Positions 12,101 to 25,300 of a stretch of DNA of 36,050 nucleotides are shown here, one piece after another. The first letter of the stretch is position 1. Every line of letters starts with the position of its first letter. A program made the translations under genes and the position numbers. The notes below the pieces were generated by a model. The model was not told where the DNA came from. It saw only the letters and a program-made list of their open reading frames with translations, and ran no database searches. The stretch lies in assembly GCF_001194135.2 (NCBI RefSeq), contig NC_068983.1, forward strand, positions 119,531,845 through 119,567,894, in the 5' to 3' direction. This stretch comes from Octopus bimaculoides. Taxonomy: Eukaryota.

Positions 12101-14518
12101 AACATGGTTAACTTTTATCCTATGAACAAACTCTTCTTTTAATGCCTCTTTATTAAGTTTAATTCATGTTTATGCATGACTTCATTTTATTCTAGTATTA
12201 GATTGTGTATTGTAAACATTTTGTTATTGTGAAAGTAAAATTTTATTAAATTAAAAAAAAATTTTTTTTTTCAGCCAATTTTGGGACATGGCTCTCTTGA
12301 ACCTGTTATTTTTAAACAAGTGAAAGATGCTGAAATTCATTTTGTTGAAGACTTAGATTTAAATGTTACCAATATAGCATTTAATAATTATAAACCTAAA
12401 GAAACTGGAGAGCTTGGTATCAAAAGTAAGTAATTTCAAAAGGGAAAAAATTTAATGTCATTTTGTTTCAACTTATTTGGTAGGTCACTTTTGCCTGTCT
12501 TCTTTTTTCTCATTCATAATTCTACTATCTATATATATATAAAAATGAGAATGTATGTCTGTCTGTCTGTCTGTCTGTGTGAATCCCTAAAACTCGAGAA
12601 CTACGCAACCAATTTCATTCAAATTTTACACATGCCTTACTTAGGGTTCCAGTTGTGTTTTAGTAAAAAAAAATTATTAACTTCTTGCAGAGTTCGAGCA
12701 CACGGCAACATAATATCTCCTCCACTATTTAAGTATTACGTGTCAAAAGTGAAACAAAAACACTCATGTCAAATACTTTCACTTTAAAAATGAAACTATT
12801 CCANNNNNNNNNNNNNNNNNNNNNNNNNNNNNNNNNNNNNNNNNNNNNNNNNNNNNNNNNNNNNNNNNNNNNNNNNNNNNNNNNNNNNNNNNNNNNNNNN
12901 NNNNNNNNNNNNNNNNNNNNNNNNNNNNNNNNNNNNNNNNNNNNNNNNNNNNNNNNNNNNNNNNNNNNNNNNNNNNNNNNNNNNNNNNNNNNNNNNNNNN
13001 NNNNNNNNNNNNNNNNNNNNNNNNNNNNNNNNNNNNNNNNNNNNNNNNNNNNNNNNNNNNNNNNNNNNNNNNNNNNNNNNNNNNNNNNNNNNNNNNNNNN
13101 NNNNNNNNNNNNNNNNNNNNNNNNNNNNNNNNNNNNNNNNNNNNNNNNNNNNNNNNNNNNNNNNNNNNNNNNNNNNNNNNNNNNNNNNNNNNNNNNNNNN
13201 NNNNNNNNNNNNNNNNNNNNNNNNNNNNNNNNNNNNNNNNNNNNNNNNNNNNNNNNNNNNNNNNNNNNNNNNNNNNNNNNNNNNNNNNNNNNNNNNNNNN
13301 NNNNNNNNNNNNNNNNNNNNNNNNNNNNNNNNNNNNNNNNNNNNNNNNNNNNNNNNNNNNNNNNNNNNNNNNNNNNNNNNNNNNNNNNNNNNNNNNNNNN
13401 NNNNNNNNNNNNNNNNNNNNNNNNNNNNNNNNNNNNNNNNNNNNNNNNNNNNNNNNNNNNNNNNNNNNNNNNNNNNNNNNNNNNNNNNNNNNNNNNNNNN
13501 NNNNNNNNNNNNNNNNNNNNNNNNNNNNNNNNNNNNNNNNNNNNNNNNNNNNNNNNNNNNNNNNNNNNNNNNNNNNNNNNNNNNNNNNNNNNNNNNNNNN
13601 NNNNNNNNNNNNNNNNNNNNNNNNNNNNNNNNNNNNNNNNNNNNNNNNNNNNNNNNNNNNNNNNNNNNNNNNNNNNNNNNNNNNNNNNNNNNNNNNNNNN
13701 NNNNNNNNNNNNNNNNNNNNNNNNNNNNNNNNNNNNNNNNNNNNNNNAAAAACCTATTTGTATATGCTCTACAAGGGAAAACAAGGAACATTGTTTACAA
13801 CGAGGTGTTATAATCACAACAGCAAGAAAGTATGTACATGATCACCTTCTTTAACGAAACTTCATTGACTTTCATATATTTATATTGATATACATATATA
13901 TACGTGTGTTTGGGTGCGTGTGTGAATATACATCTCTATATATAAAGATGATGTGTAGTCTAGACGGCGTTTTTAGATTTCATTATTCTCTTTAACCCTG
14001 CTAGTAACATATAAAAATTATATCCTTGGTAATTTCTTTTGTAGCAATCAAAAAAATATACAAAGGGAAATTGGGGAAGCTGCTAAAGATACAGCATACG
14101 ATGAAAATGTTTTGTTACTCTACAAAATTGTTTTACTTGTATGTCAGTACCTTTTATCAACGAGTTGGAACTAAAATACTTGTAATGGAAAATTATAGAA
14201 AGATAAATTTTAGAGACAATTGAAGATGGTAATTAAGTTTAGATGGATGACATTTGTAATAAAACATGTGATATGATATGGAATTATTATATGGATATTC
14301 AAAAACTAATTTAAAATAGACCTCATGTTTGCTTTAATATCCAGCTTCATGAAAAATACTTGATAAATAGTTATACTTTGATTTTCCATCCTTAAGATAA
14401 CTTTCATTCAAATTCCTAGTAGTATATATAGTCTAAGAAGTGAGCAGGAAATTAATATGCAATGAGCTAAGAAAATGCATTGGTGTATAAAAGTTATATA
14501 ATTCATTTAGATTCAAAA

Positions 14519-14560
<42 letters not shown>

Positions 14561-16280
14561 NNNNNNNNNNNNNNNNNNNNNNNNNNNNNNNNNNNNNNNN
14601 NNNNNNNNNNNNNNNNNNNNNNNNNNNNNNNNNNNNNNNNNNNNNNNNNNNNNNNNNNNNNNNNNNNNNNNNNNNNNNNNNNNNNNNNNNNNNNNNNNNN
14701 NNNNNNNNNNNNNNNNNNNNNNNNNNNNNNNNNNNNNNNNNNNNNNNNNNNNNNNNNNNNNNNNNNNNNNNNNNNNNNNNNNNNNNNNNNNNNNNNNNNN
14801 NNNNNNNNNNNNNNNNNNNCTCATTTTAACATATATCTACCAAAATTATTTTAAAATGTCTTGAAATACTAAAGAGTAAATTTATTTAATAAAGTCACCA
14901 TTGGCTTCAACCACAGACTCCAGACAACTTTGAAATCTCCTGAAACTCTTCTGGACGGTCTCTTTATTTAAGTTGGTGAATGTTACCATAATCCTTGCCT
15001 TGGTGTTACAAAGAGTTTTGTTGATCTCTTGTTCAACTGCGACCCACGCATAATAATCAAGGGGGTTGCAGTCTGGGGAGTTAGGTGACTAGATGTTAGA
15101 GATGATGTGGTCACAGAAATTGTCTGACAGCCATGACTGGGTTCTCCTGCTTGCGTGGCATGGTGCAGAATCCTGTTGTCAGACATAGGGTTGTCCAGTA
15201 GCCACCGTCTTGACCCAGGGCAGCACTACCTCCTCTAGGCACTTGATGTAGGCCTCCATGTTGAGTTTGAGGCCGTGTGGAAAGATGAATGGAGACATAA
15301 CATCGCTATCATTACTGATCACTCCAAACACCATGATGTTGATGGGATGTTTGATTTTTATCATTCTTGGTGCATGTTTTAGGGACATAGCAAGCCAACA
15401 GTTGCTCTGTGTGTTCACCATCTAATCCTGGCAGAAATTTTTCTTGTCTGAGAAAAACCAAAGCATCTTTGGTTGGAGAAGATGCTTGAGATTGTTCAAA
15501 AGCTCTGTAGCGTGATCTTTCCTCTTGTCCTTGATGGCTTGGGATCAAAATTGACCCTTTCTCAACTTGTATGAGGAATACTGAATGTCTTCATGCACTA
15601 CTTGCCTGATAAGAAACTCAGAAACTCCCATGTCCCTGGCAATGGACCTAATTGACTTGGAGGGATCATTGTCAATCATGGCCTGGATCTCATCAACAAA
15701 TTCAGAAGTTCTTTTCTTATCAGAACAATTAGAGTGAGTTTTCTGAGCTGCTGTACCTTTGTAATCACCATTAGACTCATTCAACTCTTTCTGAATCCTC
15801 TGCACCGTCTTCAGATTGACACCCAAACACACTGAAATGTTTGTATTGGAGCTTCTGGCACGAAGGCCAAGCAGTACAGCATGTCATTTCCAAATTTCTG
15901 GCAGAGTGAATTGTGTCATGATATTGTTTTTCTCACAGATGGTGCCCAAGTGACTCTGCTGTACTGTGTAGTTGACAGAATCAAAAACAAACAATGCGCA
16001 TGTGCAAAATTAAAAATATAAAATGGCGACAATTTACACACACACACATACACACTCACATATATACATGTACATTGCTTAATATTGAACAAATAAGAAA
16101 GTGTACTGAATACATGTTGTGAGGGATATGGTTTTTCTATATCTTTGCCTGAAAATTGCAGTGGTGTGAACCTCGAGTCTCAAGACAAGCTCTCAATTTT
16201 CATTTTTCATGAAAAACTATACATATCTGTCATCATGATGTGTGTGTGTGTGTATGTTTGTATGTATGTATGTATGTATA

Positions 16281-16317
<37 letters not shown>

Positions 16318-19300
16318 GTATGTATGTATGTATGCATATGGCTAAATTTGTGAAAAACATCTTATGTATAGCAGGATTGAAATTTTTTGTTTTTTTGACA
16401 AGAAATAATGATTGAAAATATAGATATGTTAAAAGTGCACAAATTATATCATGCAAAGCATCTTAATACTCAAATATTATTTTGTAGGTTTTTGGTATGC
16501 AATTGAAGGTGTATCTAAAATCAACACTACCACTTCAAATGCTGCAGGTGAGAACTGGAAAACCCCTTCATTTGGTCAAAGTAGGTTGCTGTTTTCTTAC
16601 TATGATTCAAATGGGTTTTCATATTTTCCCCTCAGAATATACACAAATTTATATTCAATTATTTACATAATTCATTATAACATCTCTTTAACTAAAAGTA
16701 TGAATCCTAGCATTTGTAAGGGATGGGGTCATGGGAATAAGTGATATATGTACTTGTGTACTTCTTTCATGGTCATTAGTGGTATAAAACAAAACAGTAG
16801 CATTTAAAAGTCTGTGATACACCAATAAAGTTTCAACATTTTGAAATTGATAATGCAAACATTTTAAGGAACTTTAATATACAGACTGGCTTCTGTTTGT
16901 ACTATAACATACAAGACAAACAAGAGAGTAGTGTTTTAAGTCATTGATTAATATATATGACTAATGTGAAGAAGTGAGTTGAAAAATATTAAGAATATAC
17001 ATGGGACAAGCAAAGGATTAATCATATAGTTCTATAATCCAAGGAATTCCACTTACAATCACCCCCACTCTCTCTCTTTCTTTCTTTCTTGCTGACACAG
17101 CATACCAAGAACAATACATTCAATTTGTCCTTACCATTTTTTAATATGGCTAGATGTGATATAAGGGAGATTTGATTGTCATTTTTCTCACTCTCACAAA
17201 TTGATTTCTTTTGCTAAAACTTTTGATTGGCTAACTTAGAAAAGCATAAGTTACCTTGTCAGTGCTAGGAGTGTATGTTTGTATACACACAGTATCTGCT
17301 ATAAAGCTCAAAATCAACCCAAACCTTGTGAGTGAAATTAAGTTGATCAAAACTGTGTTTAAGCTAATCAGCCTTGTCATAGACATTGTCTGAGTGTGTC
17401 TGAGTACTTGTGTTAAAAGCACCAGTGTCTGGAATACTCAGCCACTCACACTGATACAATGAGTAGGTAGTTTCTTTGATGGAACACCTAGGATACTCAT
17501 TGTCAAAACTAACATGTGATACATCTATACAGCCATACTATGCACAAATAAACACACACACACACATGCATGCACGCACTCACAAGTACAGTGAGTAATC
17601 TTTCTCTATTGGTTAAAAGTAGAAAATTCCCTGGTTCTCATTTTTTGTAACATAATACTGTTGAATTGCTTTTCTCAGTTTTAACAGAGCAGATCCATGA
17701 CAGAAATATGCATCCATATCCTGTACACCAGATATGCTTTGTTTTTGTTAAGTTTGAGATTGTAATGCATTATATATATGCCATTTGCTTTGTTTCAGTC
17801 ATTTATTTCTTTTTATCCTAACTTTTTAATGAATTGAAGTTTTACAGTGACAACATTGAAAGCATGGGGAAACAGTCTCAGTTCATGATAGCTGTACTTA
17901 TTAGGATTTATTAATGTTTGTAATCCTACAGAGGTGGGGTGGGGCTAAGAAGTAATTAAGGTTGAGCTGTTTTGTTTCTGTTTAGGTCAGCATGAATGAG
18001 TTTTCTCCAGAATATACTACAGTATTAATTAACCCTCTATCTGTCCAAAGCATTTTCATAAGTTTGTCCTGAACTTCCATGCTTGTTTTCAAACTTTTAG
18101 TTAGCCCCTGTTTCATACATTCTAAGTATTATAATGTTTCCCCTTTCTAAATCGCAGATTACTTTGATGGTTGTAAAAAATTTGGAATGTGTATCATATA
18201 TAATGCATGGATGCCAGGGAGATATGGCCTGTGTCTCACATGTGATACTCGGGACAAGTGAAGGGTTAAGTCTACTGTTATGTTTTGTGGATATTAAGAG
18301 CAGTGACCAGTCATGTAATCATAATGTCTCTGTGGCTGTGAGTTGAGACAAGACTACAGCCATAAATTATCTACTTTCTTTCAGCTAATGTTGTCAAGAG
18401 AAGGGATAGGAACTTAACGTTTCATAAGTATTCAAGGCATCAAACAAGGATTCAGCATTTCAGAATGTGTAACACCTCTGTAGGATTACAAATATTAATA
18501 AATCCTAATAAGTACAGCTATCATGAACTGAGACTGTTTCCCCATGCTTTCAATGTTGTCACTGTAAAACTTCAGTGTCTATAACACAGTGAAGATATTG
18601 TAGACACATTTTATTATATTTGCTGCATTTTTGTTGTTGGTGGAGAATTGTGAACATGACTTCTGTTCTATAAAAAAAATCCCATTCCTACCTATGTTCT
18701 ATATGCAGATATTGTCTTACTGATGTTTAAACTGAACATCAGTTGCAATAATCTTGCCAATCTTGGACTGCAATGTTCATGGGCATAGATACTCAGTCCT
18801 AACTATAAAAAAAAAAAGTTTTAAAATGTAAGTTTTGTGAAAATGTGATTAGTTCACAGTCTCAAAAGTGAGACAGTTGAAGAGGTAAGAACCATGTTTT
18901 GAGTGCATTTAAAATGGTAATTGTGTGGAGTCAGCTTATATATATGAGCAGAGGTATTGAGATATTGAGAAGTCGTTATTTGATGGTAGACTTGTCAATA
19001 AAACTTGTTTGTTTTCTTCTATATTGCTGAGAATGTATATTTGTGAAGGGTGTTTATTTTCAGCTTTATAAGTTCAATATAATGATAACAAATTGACGTA
19101 AACCAGATATTGTGTAAACATTTATTGAGAGGTGTTATTAGTTTTACTAGTATCAAAGACTTTCTTTTCTTGCAAAAGTATATTTTAATAAGTTTATCAT
19201 AAATTTGTTACTTTGCAGTGATATAAAAGTAGAGGAATAGAACAGATTGAGCATAACTTATTAGATGGGATCTTGGAGATTTAGTAGATATGTGCAAGAG

Positions 19301-22300
19301 AGGTGTCTGAACATAGGTGATTATGTGTTGGGTGAATGAAAATGTGAAGCTAGTGATACAGGGAGAAAATGGAAATCAGGAAATATTTGAGCCAAAGTAT
19401 TTAGATTGGATGTTTATGTGCCACCGGCACATAAAAGCACCCACTACACTCTCGGAGTGGTTGGCGTTAGGAAGGGCATCCAGCTGTAGAAACTCTGCCA
19501 GATCAGATTGGAGCCTAGTGCAGTCATCTAGTTCGCCAGTCCTCAGTCAAATTGTCCAACCCATGCTAGCATAGAAAGCGGACGTTAAACGATGATGATG
19601 ATTCATCTTAAAATGTCCTAGGAATGGAAAGGTATTGCTGTGTGCCCAAGGTGCCATGCAGTGGGACTGAACCCAGAACCATGTGGTTGGGAAACAAGCT
19701 TCTTACCACACAGCCACGCCTGCACCTATGTATATAGACACTCAAAATCAAATGCAGATGTTCTGTGTCATTCATTCTAAAGAATTCTGCTTGTTCCCAA
19801 AATGCTTTTCTTGCTGTGGTATGTGGCTTCAGTATGTAATCTTTTTCTCTTGAGCTCAGCTGTAACCAGTTATACCTTTAAATTTTCCAGAATTGGTTTG
19901 TATCAGTTGGTAATAATATTGACAGTTATTGAAAGTTAAATGTAGGTGGTAACAGTTCACCTCGTTTTAGTCATTTCTCTCTGTGTTGTTGACATATTTA
20001 ACAGCATCCCTTTCTAAACTATGGAATGTGTAAAGAAAAGTGAAAAAAAAAAAAACAAAACAGGAAGTGATGCCCTGCCATAGCCACCCACAATCAGGCA
20101 TCTAAATCCAATAAAAGAATTAAACTTTTGTTGTATATTTTTTCCATTTTACACTCCTGTCATGAGTATTCTTTCAACATTGGTCAGCTCAGACAAATAA
20201 TGTCTAGGCTTAGTCCACAACACACCAGCTGTGTCAAATTATTATTTTTAAAAAATTTCTTTAAAGGCAAACCTGTGATCGTAAAAAAGGAGAAAAAAGA
20301 ACTATCGGAGAATATGCTACAATACTACGATTTCATGGTAAAAGCTATCCTTGGGGCAGATGAAGAAGCCATGAAGGTAACTAACCTGCTATAAAATATT
20401 TTATAAATTTTAAGAAATATGTTCTATTTTGAAACCATACTATTTGTCTATACCAGTGAGTTGTTTCTATTTGTGGATTGTCTTTTTGCCCTTTTTTAAT
20501 GAAGTTACATTTTCACTTCCTTTTCAATAAGTAAATGTGTGTGTGAGTTTATATATATTTTCATTCGAAGCTTATTTATAGTTTGAAATAAGTTTCTTTG
20601 TTACATTTAAAAAAAAAAAAAAATTTATTTATTCTTTTTTTTTTTTGTTTTTCAGTTTGCCTTGTCAGATTTGAAAACAAACTCAAAAATAGTCCCTTTG
20701 TTACCATATTTTGTAAACTTTGTATCAAATGGGGTTTGTATATTTTGATTTATTTTACTTTTTAAAAAAAAAATTTGAGTAATTCAATTATTGTTCACTT
20801 GAAAAGCAATTATTTTTTTTTTTTAAATATATATCAGAATGGAGACTTCCTTGAAAATATTAGTTAGATATTCTATGGTGAATAGTGTATTGCTTGAAGG
20901 GTTGATAAATTAGTAGTTACTCAGAATTTATGGATAAATACTAATCTTTAAAAAACAGTTTTGTTCTTAGTAATTAGAAAAAAATAAGTCCTCATGACTA
21001 GTCAAAAATTTAAACAGGGAAGAATTATAAGGATTACAAGAAAAATAACTCAAGGACACAGATTTGCAATTTAGGGTAAAGAGATCAATTAAATCAGTTA
21101 ACTCCCAATCAGTGGGTTATCCGATAGCTTTGTGCCTTCAAAGATGTGCCATATAGGTCCCTGCTTTGACTTGAATTACCTTACTTGGGCTTCCAGTTTA
21201 AAACCACAGCCTAATCATATCACTGTATAAAAAGCTTGAGAGAATGGAATATCCAAATAAATGTTTACCAGCCAGTCAGTCAGCATTGGCTGGCTTGTCA
21301 CAGTCAATGATAGCAAACATTACAGAAAAGATATGTAAGCTTCTAGCCTAATTATATTTTGAAGGTTTGAGGTTTTAAAATGTTGGTGATTTGAGCCAAC
21401 TGAAATTCTTTCTGGAACCTTGTAACTTTGTTTCTTGAGATGTACGTTCATCTCCTACTTGTCCTTATATAACATAGGCTGAAAATAGATTTTTTTTTGA
21501 ATAAGGTAAATTGCCCTGGGGTTTAATATTGGCATACATACAGCCATCTTTCTAATTATTTGTTTAATTATCTATTATTATTTTTTATAATGATATTGGA
21601 CGTGTGTAACACAACAGATTTAACTAGAACATTCTCTTTATCTTCCATATTTTAAAACTGTATCATACACATCCTTGCAGAAATGTTTTTTAACATAGTA
21701 CACGCTGTAAAGTGGTTGGCATTAGGAAGGGCATCCAACTGTAGAAACCATGCCAATATAGAAGGTGGAGTAGTTTTTGGACCCTTAAGATCCTGTCAGA
21801 CTGTCCAGCCTATGCCAGCATGGAGTAAGGATGTTAAATGATGATGACATCATCATCATCATCATCATCATCATCATTGTTTAACGTCCGCTTTCCATGC
21901 TAGCATGGGTTGGACAGTCTGACTGAGGACTGGTGAAACTGGATGGCAACACCAGGCTCCAATCTGATTTGGCAGAGTTTCTACAGCTGGATGCCCTTCC
22001 TAACGCCAACCACTCCGAGAGTGTAGTGGGTGCTTTTACGTGTCACCCGCACAAAGGCCAGTCAGTCGGTGACACTTTGTACATATTTAACATATATACT
22101 GTTTAATATAATAAGTATATGGAAATACATAAATGGTGTAGTCATTAGTGTCGATGAACACAATCCTTTTACTTAATTATCAGTGACATTATAGTGATTA
22201 ATCTACAGTCTAATTCATTACTAGCATTGCAAAATAGACATATTTAATGAATGAATGAGAGACATGAAAGTTCTAGAAATTTGAGATTTACTTCATAGAT

Positions 22301-25300
22301 ATTACAGTCATTAATGTTATGGGTATTTTTTTCAATGTAGATATCATCATCATCATTGTCATCGTCATTTTTATGTCTGATTTTCCATGTTGGTATGGAT
22401 TAGATGGGACTTTGAGGCCTTATTTTATGTTATCTATTTCACAAAAAAAAAATCATTTGGAAGGTTAAAATTCTTGAACACATATACATTAATTAAATAC
22501 TTTAGGCACTGTGATAGAAAACTTTCAACATTTCGGTTTTAATCTGGAGGTTTAAAGACAAAAGGACCAACTACAACATTAAATGGAAAACCATTAACAT
22601 CCTGCCTTTTGTACATATTACATCTTAATGTAACATTGGTTATCTCCCTTGTATTTTTCTTTTCGTCTTCTTTAACGGCGTACCTTGTTTAAATGTCATC
22701 TGCTTAAAAAAGCAACTGACAAATGATCTTGTTCTTAGCTTGAAAAATGGCGAAATGAATTAATGTTTCAAACCCTGGGTTGCTCTATTTAACAAAAATT
22801 GTGGTTTTTATTATAACATTATGTTAATGAAATAGATATTTAACATGTGAAAAAATTAAACAAAGCAAAAAACAAAAAACAAAACAAACTATGAATAAAT
22901 TTGTGGTGTCAGACACATACAATAGGAATACAAAATACAAAATGGCTGATAGTTAGCAAGGTGGGACACACATAAGAAAGAAGAAAGCAAAGGACCACTG
23001 ATGAGGTCACAGAAGTGTGACAAAAGAACTCTGGCCGAAATAGGATTAATGTAATGTAATGTAATATAAAGCTGAAGCAAATTAACACCAAATATACAGT
23101 GCGTGTGTTTTTATTGGCTAAACTGGCAATATGACCATCCCCAAGTACAACAACAGATTTTTCATTGTTACATATGTAAAAATAAGATTTATGACTAGTT
23201 ATAAGGGTTTATTTCACCACCCCCCATGTCAGTTTAAAATAAGACTTAGCTAATCTAATTACTCTTTTCAATCCTCTATAGTAAATTAATGTCCTTTTGT
23301 TCAGTTTCTTCTGATAGCAAGAAAAAAAATGAAGAAAACTTACAAATATGTCATTTCATCTATTTATAGGTAAAAACTGTCAGTCATGATATATCTCAAC
23401 TAACGCGGCTATTGCACACCGTAAAGGCCTTAACAAACAATTCCAACCTATATCTGGAACCCGAGCCTTATGTAAGTATACTCTTTTATGATGTCGAAAT
23501 CTAGTAAAAGCGTTGACAAGCTTTGATTTTTTTTTTTTGTCTTGATGTTGTTGTTTTCAGATTTCTGACTCTCCTTAAATGATTTTAGTCATTATTGAAA
23601 AACTAAATTCTCTTAATTTCAGCTTGGCCTTTTAGTACAAAGTGTGATGTATTGTGGCCTTGAACCTTTAGCAGCTTCTATCAATCCTTTAAATGACCAC
23701 TGGGTCCTGAGAGATTATGCAGCACGTCTTCTTGGATTCATTGTGAAGTAAGTTAGCTTTTTACTTTGAAAGTGAAATTTCATAAACTTTGCATAATAAA
23801 GATTCCTAAAATAGTTAGAAGGCCATACATTTTCTGGATGGGATCAGTTGATTAAACTGTACCTAATTGGTATTTATTTTGTTGGCCCTAGAGAAATGAA
23901 AAGCAAAGTTGATTTCAACAGAAATAGAATTGAGAATATTTTGTCTATTGATGTACTAATTACACTATGTAACATGATTTTAGTGCTTTGGTAGCAACTG
24001 TTACTTCCTATTTGCTTACCCCTAGAAAGTATGAAAAATGGTTAATTTTTCTTCAAACTTTGCTTTTTTTTTTTACATTTATTCAAACTCCAAAGAATCC
24101 CTCTCAGCATATGACTGAATCTGTCTGAAATGTAATGGAAAATAGGTCAGTTTCAAAAATATTTATTTCCAAGTCACAAAAGCAAAGTTTGAAGGGAATA
24201 GTATTAATTTCCTTTGATATCTAGATAGGAACAAATAAGAAATAACATTTACTAACCAAAGAAAAAAAAAATAAAGAAAACTGTTACGCAGTGTTATACC
24301 ATCTGCCACCTTTCTACAATAATAATGATTTTTAAGCCATGCACAAGGACACAAATTTTGAGCATGGATATTTTTCATTAACTCTTTAGCATTTAAACTG
24401 GATATATCTGGCCCAAATATTCTACCTGTTTTATGTTTAAACTGGCCAGATCAATCTTCTCACTTAACCTGCAATGCCATTCTAAAAATAATCAATTACA
24501 TCTTCAAAATGTCATAGCTACAAGATAATACAGGATTAATTTTTATAAAATGTGAATATATAAGTATTAACATAACATAATTGCCAACCAAGTGTGGCGT
24601 CCTATACAGGACAGTGCTACTGGCGTTTATAGTTCCAGGAAGACATCTCTTCCAGCTAGCTAACGACACATTCTTTGTGCTGATTAGTATTTGCGAGGGG
24701 AGGTCATCGCACCCATCCTTAGCCTTATGCAATATGTACTCAAGTTTCTGGATGGATACCCGTCCTCAGCGTGTGTTAATCACCAGCTCGTGATGGAAAC
24801 TCACCCCACTTGCAAAATACTATATGCTTTCTCCAGTGATGAACCATCGCTGATCTTGAAAAAGGAGAAATAAGTTATATTAAATCTCTGAGCGAGATGT
24901 AAACAGTAGCAATATGGAATCGTAACATAATTGCCAACCAAGTGTGTCGTTTATAGTCCCAGGAAGACCTCTCTTCCAGCTGGCTAACGACACACATTCT
25001 GTGTCTGATTAGTATTTGCGAGGGAAGGTCATTTCTCCCATCTCTAGCCTTACGTGATACAGTATATAAGTAATCTGAATGCCTAAGGGTTTTAAACCAA
25101 CGGCACGTAAAAGCACCCACTACACTCTCGGAGTGGTTGGGGTTAGGAAGGGCATCCAGCTGTAGAAACTCTGCCAAATCAGATTGGAGCCTGGTGTAGC
25201 CATCTGGTTCACCAGTCCTCAGTCAAATTGTCCAACCCATGCTAGCATGGAAAGCGGACATTAAACGACGATGATGATGATGATGACTGGAACGATCACA

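Noticed and set aside
12729-13854. Long ORFs made mostly of X here and at 14480-14854, 25261-25563, 26737-27485, 28190-28588 and 31944-32549
   Set aside because: Artefacts of N runs and (TA)n tracts.
18720-18746. Small perfect hairpin actgatgtt-taaactg-aacatcagt
   Set aside because: A 9-bp stem is expected by chance in 36 kb of AT-rich DNA.
19219-19316. Possible poison exon (ctttgcag acceptor, in-frame TAA, gtgatt donor)
   Set aside because: The donor is weak and such sites are common by chance in AT-rich introns; no independent support.
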